Part shown: one piece after another, positions 45,001-57,250 of the stretch | Position numbering within the stretch: the stretch's first letter is position 1 | How the letters are laid out: every line of letters begins with the position of its first letter | From: Eledone cirrhosa | Taxonomy: Eukaryota | Assembly (NCBI GenBank): GCA_964016885.1 | Contig: OZ024745.1 | Coordinates: 30,566,001 to 30,630,000 of the forward strand | DNA length: 64,000 nucleotides | Reading direction: 5' to 3' | The notes under the pieces: model-generated | What the model saw: the letters and a program-made list of their open reading frames with translations, nothing else | Databases searched by the model: none | Told to the model about the DNA's origin: nothing | Made by a program: the position numbers and the translations under genes

Positions 45001-48000
45001 GTGTATGAAGAACAACACGTTAACCTCAACAAAGGGCGACAATTCATAGATGTGACATCTGTGTATGAAAAACAACACTTTAACCTCAACAAAGGGCGAC
45101 AATTCATAGATGTGACATCTGTGTATGAAGAACAACACTTTAACCTCAACAAAGGGCGACAATTCATAGATGTGACATTTGTGTATGAAGAACAACACTT
45201 TAACCTCAACAAAGGGTGACAATTCATAGATGTGACATCTGTGTATGAAGAACAACACTTTAACATCAACAAAGGGTGACAATTCATAGATGTGACATCT
45301 CAGTATGAAGAACAACACTTTAACCTCAACAAAGGGTGACAATTCATAGATGTGACATCTGTGTATGAAGAACAACACTTTAACCTCAACAAAGGGTGAC
45401 AATTCATAGATGTGACATCTTTGTATGAAGAACAACACTTTAACCTCAACAAAGGGTAACAATTCATAGATGTGACATCTGTGTATGAAGAACAACACTT
45501 TAACCTTAACAAACAAAGGGAGACAATCCATAGATGTGACATCTGTGTATGAAGAACAACACTTTAACCTTAACAAACAAAGGGTGACAATCCATAGATG
45601 TGACATCTGTGTATGAAGAACAACACTTTAACCTTAACAAACAAAGGGTGACAATTCATAGATGTCACATCTGTGTATGAAGAACAACACTTTAACCTCA
45701 ACAAACAAAGGGTGACAATTCATAGATGTCACATCTGAGTATGAAGAACAACACTTTAACCTCAACAAAGGGTGAGAATTTATAGATGTGACATCTGTGT
45801 ATGAAGAACAACACTTTAACCTCAACAAAGAGTGACAATTCATAGATGTGACATCTGTGTATGAAGAACAATACTTTAACATCAACAAAGGGTGACAATT
45901 CATAGATGTGACATCTGTGTATGAAGAACAACACTTTAACCTCAACAAAGGGCGACAATTCATAGATGTGACATCTGTGTATGAACAACAACACTTTAAC
46001 CTCAACAAAGGGCGACAATTCATAGATGTGACATCTGTGTATGAAGAACAACACTTTAACCTCAACAAAGGGCGACAATTCATAGATGTGACATCTGTGT
46101 ATGAAGAACAACACTTTAACCTCAACAAAGGGTGACAATTCATAGATGTGACATCTGTGTATGAAGAACAACACGTTAACCTCAACAAAGGGCGCACAAT
46201 TCATAGATGTGACATCTGTGTATGAAGAACAACACTTTAACCTCAACAAAGGGTGACAATTCATAGATGTGACATCTGTGTATGAAGAACAACACTTTAA
46301 ACTCAACAAAGGGTGACAATTCATAGATGTGACATCTGTGTATGAAGAACAACACTTTAACCTCAACAAAGGGCGACAATTCATAGATGTGACATCTGTG
46401 TATGAAGAACAACACTTTAACCTCAACAAAGGGTGACAATTCATAGATGTGACATCTGTGTATGAAGAACAACACTTTAACCTCAACAAAGGGTGACAAT
46501 TCATAGATGTGACATCTGTGTATGAAGAACAACACTTTAACATCAACAAAGGGTGACAATTCATAGATGTGACATCTCAGTATGAAGAACAACACTTTAA
46601 CCTCAACAAAGGGTGACAATTCATAGATGTGACATCTGTGTATGAAGAACAACACTTTAACCTCAACAAAGGGTGACAATTCATAGATGTGACATCTTTG
46701 TATGAAGAACAACACTTTAACCTCAACAAAGGGTAACAATTCGTAGATGTGACATCTGTGTATGAAGAACAACACTTTAACCTTAACAAACAAAGGGAGA
46801 CAATCCATAGATGTGACATCTGTGTATGAAGAACAACACTTTAACCTTAACAAACAAAGGGTGACAATCCATAGATGTGACATCTGTGTATGAAGAACAA
46901 CACTTTAACCTTAACAAACAAAGGGTGACAATTCATAGATGTCACATCTGTGTATGAAGAACAACACTTTAACCTCAACAAATGGTGACAATTCATATAT
47001 GTGACATCTGTGTATGAAGAACAACACTTTAACCTCAACAAAGGGCGACAATTCATAGACGTGACATCTGTGTATGAAGAACAACACATTAACCTTAACA
47101 AACAAAGGGTGACAATTCATAGATGTCACATCTGAGTATGAAGAACAACACTTTAACCTCAACAAAGGGTGAGAATTCATAGATGTGACATCTGTGTATG
47201 AAGAACAACACTTTAACCTCAACAAAGAGTGACAATTCATAGATGTGACATCTGTGTATGAAGAACAATACTTTAACATCAACAAAGGGTGACAATTCAT
47301 AGATGTGACATCTGTGTATGAAGAACAACACTTTAACCTCAACAAAGGGCGACAATTCATAGATGTGACATCTGTGTATGAACAACAACACTTTAACCTC
47401 AACAAAGGGCGACAATTCATAGATGTGACATCTGTGTATGAAGAACAACACTTTAACCTCAACAAAGGGCGACAATTCATAGATGTGACATCTGTGTATG
47501 AAGAACAACACTTTAACCTCAACAAAGGGTGACAATTCATAGATGTGACATCTGTGTATGAAGAACAACACGTTAACCTCAACAAAGGGCGCACAATTCA
47601 TAGATGTGACATATGTGTATGAAGAACAACACTTTAACCTCAACAAAGGGTGACAATTCATAGATGTGACATCTGTGTATGAAGAACAACACTTTCAACT
47701 CAACAAAGGGTGACAATTCATAGATGTGACATCTGTGTATGAAGAACAACACTTTAACCTCAACAAAGGGCGACAATTCATAGATGTGACATCTGTGTAT
47801 GAAGAACAACACTTTAACCTCAACAAAGGGTGACAATTCATAGATGTGACATCTGTGTATGAAGAACAACACTTTAACCTCAACAAAGGGTGACAATTCA
47901 TAGATGTGACATCTGTGTATGAAGAACAACACTTTAACATCAACAAAGGGTGACAATTCATAGATGTGACATCTCAGTATGAAGAACAACACTTTAACCT

Positions 48001-48100
48001 CAACAAAGGGTGACAATTCATAGATGTGACATCTGTGTATGAAGAACAACACTTTAACCTCAACAAAGGGTGACAATTCATAGATGTGACATCTGTGTAT
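41500..48100. repeat. HOR block with 2,817-, 1,397- and 1,277-bp offsets; boundaries approximate
   Basis: ORF pairs 41713/44530 to 42483/45300 = 2817; 45698/47095 to 46577/47974 = 1397; 45300/46577 = 1277. The marker GACATTTG is at ~42360 and ~45177. Confidence 0.8.
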
Positions 48101-48959
48101 GAAGAACAACACTTTAACCTTAACAAACAAATGGTGACAATCCATAGATGTGACATCTGTGTATGAAGAACAACACTTTAACCTTAACAAACAAAGGGTG
48201 ACAATCCATAGATGTGACATCTGTGTATGAAGAACAACACTTTAACCTTAACAAACAAAGGGTGACAATTCATAGATGTGACATCTGTGTATGAAGAACA
48301 ACACTTTAACCTCAACAAAGGGTGACAATTCATAGATCTGACATCTGTGTATGAAGAACAACAGTTTAACCTTAACAACCAAAGGGTGACAATTCATAGA
48401 TGTGACATCTGTGTATGAAGAACAACACTTTAACCTCAACAAAGGGTGACAATTCATAGATGTGACATCTGAGTATGAAGAACAACACTTTAACCTTAAC
48501 AAACAAAGGGTGACAATTCATAGATGTGACATCTGTGTATGAAGAACAACACTTTAACCTAAACAAAGGGCGACAATTCATAGATGTGACATCTGTGTAT
48601 GAAGAACGACACTTTAACCTCAACAAAGGGTGACAATTCATAGATGTGACATCTGTGTATGAAGAACAACACTTTAACCTTAACAAAGGGTGACAATTCA
48701 TAGATGTGACATCTGTGTATGAAGAACAACACGTTAACCTCAACAAAGGGTGACAATTCATATATGTGACATCTGTGTATGAAGAACAACACTTTAACCT
48801 CAACAAAGGGTGACAATTCATAGATGTGACATCTGTGTATGAAGAACAACACTTTAACCTCAGCAAAGGGCGACAATTCATAGATGTGACAACTGTGTAT
48901 GAAGAACAACACTTGAACCTCAACAAACAAAGGGTGACAATTCATAGATGTGACATCTG

Positions 48960-51900
48960 TGTATGAAGAACAACACTTTAACCTCAACAAAGGGTGACAA
49001 TTCATAGATGTGACATCTGAGTATGAAGAACAACACTTTAACCTCAACAAAGGGTGACAATTCATAGATGTGACATCTTTGTATGAAGAACAACACTTTA
49101 ACCTCAACAAACAAAGGGTGACAATTCATAGATGTGACATCTGTGTATGAAGAACAACACTTTAACCTCAACAAAGGCGACAATTCATAGATGTGACATC
49201 TGTGTATGAAGAACAACACTTTAACCTCAACAAAGGGTGACAATTCATAGATGTGACATCTGTGTATGAAGAACAACACTTTAACCTCAAGAAAGGTGAC
49301 AATTCATAGATGTGACATCTGTGTATGAAGAACAACACTTTAACCTCAACAAAGGTGACAATTCATAGATGTGACATCTGTGTATGAAGAACAACACTTT
49401 AACCTCAACAAAGAGTGACAATTCATAGATGTGACATCTGTGTATGAAGAACAACACTTTAACCCCAACAAAGGGTGACAATTCACAGATGTGGCATCTG
49501 TGTATGAAGAACAACACTTTAACCTCAACAAAGGGTGACAATTCATAGATGTGACATCTGTGTATGAAGAACAACACTTTAACCTCAACAAAGAGTGACA
49601 ATTCATAGATGTGACATCTGTGTATGAAGAACAACACTTTAACCTCAACAAAGGGTGACAATTCATAGATGTGACATCTGTGTATGAAGAACAACACTTT
49701 AACTTCAACAAAGGTGACAATTCATAGATGTGACATCTGTGTATGAAGAACAACACTTTAACCTTAACAAACAAAGGGTGACAATTCATAGATGTGACAT
49801 CTGAGTATGAAGAACAACACTTTAACCTCAACAAAGGGTGACAATTCATAGATGTGACATCTGTGTATGAAGAACAACACTTTAACCTCAACAAAGAGTG
49901 ACAATTCATAGATGTGACATCTGTGTATGAAGAACAACACTTTAACCTCAACAAAGGGCGACAATTCATAGATGTGACATCTGTGTATGAAGAACAACAC
50001 TTTAACCTCAACAAAGGGCGACAATTCATAGATGTGACATCTGTGTATAAAGAACAACACTTTAACCTCAACAAAGGGTGACAATTCATAGATGTGACAT
50101 CTGTGTATGAAGAACAACACTTTAACCTCAACAAAGGGCGACAATTCATAGATGTGACATCTGTGTATGAAGAACAACACTTTAACCTTAACAAACAAAG
50201 GGAGACAATCCATAGATGTGACATCTGTGTATGAAGAACAACACTTTAACCTCAACAAAGGGCGACAATTCATAGATGTGACATCTGTGTATGAAGAACA
50301 ACACTTGAACCTCAACAAACAAAGGGTGACAATTCATAGATGTGACATCTGTGTATGAAGAACAACACTTTAACCTCAACAAAGGGTGACAATTCATAGA
50401 TGTGACATCTTTGTATGAAGAACAACACTTTAACCTCAACAAACAAAGGGTGACAATTCATAGATGTGACATCTGTGTATGAAGAACAACACTTTAACCT
50501 CAACAAAGGGCGACAATTCATAGATGTGACATCTGTGTATGAAGAACAACACTTTAACCTCAACAAAGGGTGACAATTCATAGATGTGACATCTGTGTAT
50601 GAAGAACAACACTTGAACCTCAACAAACAAAGGGTGACAATTCATAGATGTGACATCTGTGTATGAAGAACAACACTTTAACCTCAACAAAGGGCGACAA
50701 TTCATAGATGTGACATCTGTGTATAAAGAACAACACTTTAACCTCAACAAAGGGTGACAATTCATAGATGTGACATCTGTGTATGAAGAACAACACTTTA
50801 ACCTCAACAAAGGGCGACAATTCATAGATGTGACATCTGTGTATGAAGAACAACACTTTAACCTTAACAAACAAAGGGAGACAATCCATAGATGTGACAT
50901 CTGTGTATGAAGAACAACACTTTAACCTCAACAAAGGGCGACAATTCATAGATGTGACATCTGTGTATGAAGAACAACACTTGAACCTCAACAAACAAAG
51001 GGTGAAAATTCATAGATGTGACATCTGTGTATGAAGAACAACACTTTAACCTCAACAAAGGGTGACAATTCATAGATGTGACATCTTTGTATGAAGAACA
51101 ACACTTTAACCTCAACAAACAAAGGGTGACAATTCATAGATGTGACATCTGTGTATGAAGAACAACACTTTAACCTCAACAAAGGGCGACAATTCATAGA
51201 TGTGACATCTGTGTATGAAGAACAACACTTTAACCTCAACAAAGGGTGACAATTCATAGATGTGACATCTGTGTATGAAGAACAACACTTTAACCTTAAC
51301 AAAGGGTGACAATTCATAGATGTGACATCTGTGTATGAAGAACAACACGTTAACCTCAACAAAGGGTGACAATTCATATATGTGACATCTGTGTATGAAG
51401 AACAACACTTTAACCTCAACAAAGGGTGACAATTCATAGATGTGACATCTGTGTATGAAGAACAACACTTTAACCTCAACAAAGGGCGACAATTCATAGA
51501 TGTGACAACTGTGTATGAAGAACAACACTTGAACCTCAACAAACAAAGGGTGACAATTCATAGATGTGACATCTGTCTATGAAGAACAACACTTTAACCT
51601 CAACAAAGGGTGACAATTCATAGATGTGACATCTGAGTATGAAGAACAACACTTTAACCTCAACAAAGGGTGACAATTCATAGATGTGACATCTGTGTAT
51701 GAAGAACAACACTTTAACCTCAACAAACAAAGGGTGACAATTCATAGATGTGACATCTGTGTATGAAGAACAACACTTTAACCTCAACAAAGGCGACAAT
51801 TCATAGATGTGACATCTGTGTATGAAGAACAACACTTTAACCTCAACAAAGGGTGACAATTCATAGATGTGACATCTGAGTATGAAGAACAACACTTTAA

Positions 51901-54900
51901 CCTCAACAAAGGGTGACAATTCATAGATGTGACATCTTTGTATGAAGAACAACACTTTAACCTCAACAAACAAAGGGTGACAATTCATAGATGTGACATC
52001 TGAGTATGAAGAACAACACTTTAACCTCAACAAAGGCGACAATTCATAGATGTGACATCTGTGTATGAAGAACAACACTTTAACCTCAACAAAGGGTGAC
52101 AATTCATAGATGTGACATCTGTGTATGAAGAACAACACTTTAACCTCAAGAAAGGTGACAATTCATAGATGTGACATCTGTGTATGAAGAACAACACTTT
52201 AACCTCAACAAAGGTGACAATTCATAGATGTGACATCTGTGTATGAAGAACAACACTTTAACCTCAACAAAGAGTGACAATTCATAGATGTGACATCTGT
52301 GTATGAAGAACAACACTTTAACCCCAACAAAGGGTGACAATTCACAGATGTGGCATCTGTGTATGAAGAACAACACTTTAACCTCAACAAAGGGTGACAA
52401 TTCATAGATGTGACATCTGTGTATGAAGAACAACACTTTAACCTCAACAAAGAGTGACAATTCATAGATGTGACATCTGTGTATGAAGAACAACACTTTA
52501 ACCTCAACAAAGGGTGACAATTCATAGATGTGACATCTGTGTATGAAGAACAACACTTTAACTTCAACAAAGGTGACAATTCATAGATGTGACATCTGTG
52601 TATGAAGAACAACACTTTAACCTTAACAAACAAAGGGTGACAATTCATAGATGTGACATCTGAGTATGAAGAACAACACTTTAACCTCAACAAAGGGTGA
52701 CAATTCATAGATGTGACATCTGTGTATGAAGAACAACACTTTAACCTCAACAAAGAGTGACAATTCATAGATGTGACATCTGTGTATGAAGAACAACACT
52801 TTAACCTCAACAAAGGGCGACAATTCATAGATGTGACATCTGTGTATGAAGAACAACACTTTAACCTCAACAAAGGGCGACAATTCATAGATGTGACATC
52901 TGTGTATAAAGAACAACACTTTAACCTCAACAAAGGGTGACAATTCATAGATGTGACATCTGTGTATGAAGAACAACACTTTAACCTCAACAAAGGGCGA
53001 CAATTCATAGATGTGACATCTGTGTATGAAGAACAACACTTTAACCTTAACAAACAAAGGGAGACAATCCATAGATGTGACATCTGTGTATGAAGAACAA
53101 CACTTTAACCTCAACAAAGGGCGACAATTCATAGATGTGACATCTGTGTATGAAGAACAACACTTGAACCTCAACAAACAAAGGGTGACAATTCATAGAT
53201 GTGACATCTGTGTATGAAGAACAACACTTTAACCTCAACAAAGGGTGACAATTCATAGATGTGACATCTTTGTATGAAGAACAACACTTTAACCTCAACA
53301 AACAAAGGGTGACAATTCATAGATGTGACATCTGTGTATGAAGAACAACACTTTAACCTCAACAAAGGGCGACAATTCATAGATGTGACATCTGTGTATG
53401 AAGAACAACACTTTAACCTCAACAAAGGGTGACAATTCATAGATGTGACATCTGTGTATGAAGAACAACACTTGAACCTCAACAAACAAAGGGTGACAAT
53501 TCATAGATGTGACATCTGTGTATGAAGAACAACACTTTAACCTCAACAAAGGGCGACAATTCATAGATGTGACATCTGTGTATAAAGAACAACACTTTAA
53601 CCTCAACAAAGGGTGACAATTCATAGATGTGACATCTGTGTATGAAGAACAACACTTTAACCTCAACAAAGGGCGACAATTCATAGATGTGACATCTGTG
53701 TATGAAGAACAACACTTTAACCTTAACAAACAAAGGGAGACAATCCATAGATGTGACATCTGTGTATGAAGAACAACACTTTAACCTCAACAAAGGGCGA
53801 CAATTCATAGATGTGACATCTGTGTATGAAGAACAACACTTGAACCTCAACAAACAAAGGGTGACAATTCATAGATGTGACATCTGTGTATGAAGAACAA
53901 CACTTTAACCTCAACAAAGGGTGACAATTCATAGATGTGACATCTTTGTATGAAGAACAACACTTTAACCTCAACAAACAAAGGGTGACAATTCATAGAT
54001 GTGACATCTGTGTATGAAGAACAACACTTTAACCTCAACAAAGGGCGACAATTCATAGATGTGACATCTGTGTATGAAGAACAACACTTTAACCTCAACA
54101 AAGGGTGACAATTCATAGATGTGACATCTGTGTATGAAGAACAACACTTTAACCTTAACAAAGGGTGACAATTCATAGATGTGACATCTGTGTATGAAGA
54201 ACAACACGTTAACCTCAACAAAGGGTGACAATTCATATATGTGACATCTGTGTATGAAGAACAACACTTTAACCTCAACAAAGGGTGACAATTCATAGAT
54301 GTGACATCTGTGTATGAAGAACAACACTTTAACCTCAACAAAGGGCGACAATTCATAGATGTGACAACTGTGTATGAAGAACAACACTTGAACCTCAACA
54401 AACAAAGGGTGACAATTCATAGATGTGACATCTGTGTATGAAGAACAACACTTTAACCTCAACAAAGGGTGACAATTCATAGATGTGACATCTGAGTATG
54501 AAGAACAACACTTTAACCTCAACAAAGGGTGACAATTCATAGATGTGACATCTGTGTATGAAGAACAACACTTTAACCTCAACAAACAAAGGGTGACAAT
54601 TCATAGATGTGACATCTGTGTATGAAGAACAACACTTTAACCTCAACAAAGGCGACAATTCATAGATGTGACATCTGTGTATGAAGAACAACACTTTAAC
54701 CTCAACAAAGGGTGACAATTCATAGATGTGACATCTGAGTATGAAGAACAACACTTTAACCTCAACAAAGGGTGACAATTCATAGATGTGACATCTTTGT
54801 ATGAAGAACAACACTTTAACCTCAACAAACAAAGGGTGACAATTCATAGATGTGACATCTGTGTATGAAGAACAACACTTTAACCTCAACAAAGGCGACA

Positions 54901-57250
54901 ATTCATAGATGTGACATCTGTGTATGAAGAACAACACTTTAACCTCAACAAAGGGTGACAATTCATAGATGTGACATCTGTGTATGAAGAACAACACTTT
55001 AACCTCAAGAAAGGTGACAATTCATAGATGTGACATCTGTGTATGAAGAACAACACTTTAACCTCAACAAAGGTGACAATTCATAGATGTGACATCTGTG
55101 TATGAAGAACAACACTTTAACCTCAACAAAGAGTGACAATTCATAGATGTGACATCTGTGTATGAAGAACAACACTTTAACCCCAACAAAGGGTGACAAT
55201 TCACAGATGTGGCATCTGTGTATGAAGAACAACACTTTAACCTCAACAAAGGGTGACAATTCATAGATGTGACATCTGTGTATGAAGAACAACACTTTAA
55301 CCTCAACAAAGAGTGACAATTCATAGATGTGACATCTGTGTATGAAGAACAACACTTTAACCTCAACAAAGGGTGACAATTCATAGATGTGACATCTGTG
55401 TATGAAGAACAACACTTTAACTTCAACAAAGGTGACAATTCATAGATGTGACATCTGTGTATGAAGAACAACACTTTAACCTTAACAAACAAAGGGTGAC
55501 AATTCATAGATGTGACATCTGAGTATGAAGAACAACACTTTAACCTCAACAAAGGGTGACAATTCATAGATGTGACATCTGTGTATGAAGAACAACACTT
55601 TAACCTCAACAAAGAGTGACAATTCATAGATGTGACATCTGTGTATGAAGAACAACACTTTAACCTCAACAAAGGGCGACAATTCATAGATGTGACATCT
55701 GTGTATGAAGAACAACACTTTAACCTCAACAAAGGGCGACAATTCATAGATGTGACATCTGTGTATAAAGAACAACACTTTAACCTCAACAAAGGGTGAC
55801 AATTCATAGATGTGACATCTGTGTATGAAGAACAACACTTTAACCTCAACAAAGGGCGACAATTCATAGATGTGACATCTGTGTATGAAGAACAACACTT
55901 TAACCTTAACAAACAAAGGGAGACAATCCATAGATGTGACATCTGTGTATGAAGAACAACACTTTAACCTCAACAAAGGGCGACAATTCATAGATGTGAC
56001 ATCTGTGTATGAAGAACAACACTTGAACCTCAACAAACAAAGGGTGACAATTCATAGATGTGACATCTGTGTATGAAGAACAACACTTTAACTTCAACAA
56101 AGGGTGACAATTCATAGATGTGACATCTTTGTATGAAGAACAACACTTTAACCTCAACAAACAAAGGGTGACAATTCATAGATGTGACATCTGTGTATGA
56201 AGAACAACACTTTAACCTCAACAAAGGGCGACAATTCATAGATGTGACATCTGTGTATGAAGAACAACACTTTAACCTCAACAAAGGGTGACAATTCATA
56301 GATGTGACATCTGTGTATGAAGAACAACACTTGAACCTCAACAAACAAAGGGTGACAATTCATAGATGTGACATCTGTGTATGAAGAACAACACTTTAAC
56401 CTCAACAAAGGGCGACAATTCATAGATGTGACATCTGTGTATAAAGAACAACACTTTAACCTCAACAAAGGGTGACAATTCATAGATGTGACATCTGTGT
56501 ATGAAGAACAACACTTTAACCTCAACAAAGGGCGACAATTCATAGATGTGACATCTGTGTATGAAGAACAACACTTTAACCTTAACAAACAAAGGGAGAC
56601 AATCCATAGATGTGACATCTGTGTATGAAGAACAACACTTTAACCTCAACAAAGGGCGACAATTCATAGATGTGACATCTGTGTATGAAGAACAACACTT
56701 GAACCTCAACAAACAAAGGGTGACAATTCATAGATGTGACATCTGTGTATGAAGAACAACACTTTAACCTCAACAAAGGGTGACAATTCATAGATGTGAC
56801 ATCTTTGTATGAAGAACAACACTTTAACCTCAACAAACAAAGGGTGACAATTCATAGATGTGACATCTGTGTATGAAGAACAACACTTTAACCTCAACAA
56901 AGGGCGACAATTCATAGATGTGACATCTGTGTATGAAGAACAACACTTTAACCTCAACAAAGGGTGACAATTCATAGATGTGACATCTGTGTATGAAGAA
57001 CAACACTTTAACCTTAACAAAGGGTGACAATTCATAGATGTGACATCTGTGTATGAAGAACAACACGTTAACCTCAACAAAGGGTGACAATTCATATATG
57101 TGACATCTGTGTATGAAGAACAACACTTTAACCTTAACAAAGTGTGACAATTCATAGATGTGACATCTGTGTATGAAGAACAACACTTTAACCTCAACAA
57201 AGGGCGACAATTCATAGATGTGACAACTGTGTATGAAGAACAACACTTTA
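48960..57250. repeat. Regular 47-monomer HOR, 2,859 bp, ~2.9 tandem copies, containing a 676-bp (11-monomer) sub-repeat
   Basis: Markers CTCAAGAAAGGTG and CCCCAAC..CACAGATGTGGCATC recur at 49287, 52146 and 55005 (ORF offsets exactly 2859). Length check: 47x60 + 11x4 - 5 = 2859. Sub-repeat pairs 50167/50843, 53026/53702 and 55885/56561 differ by 676. Confidence 0.93.
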
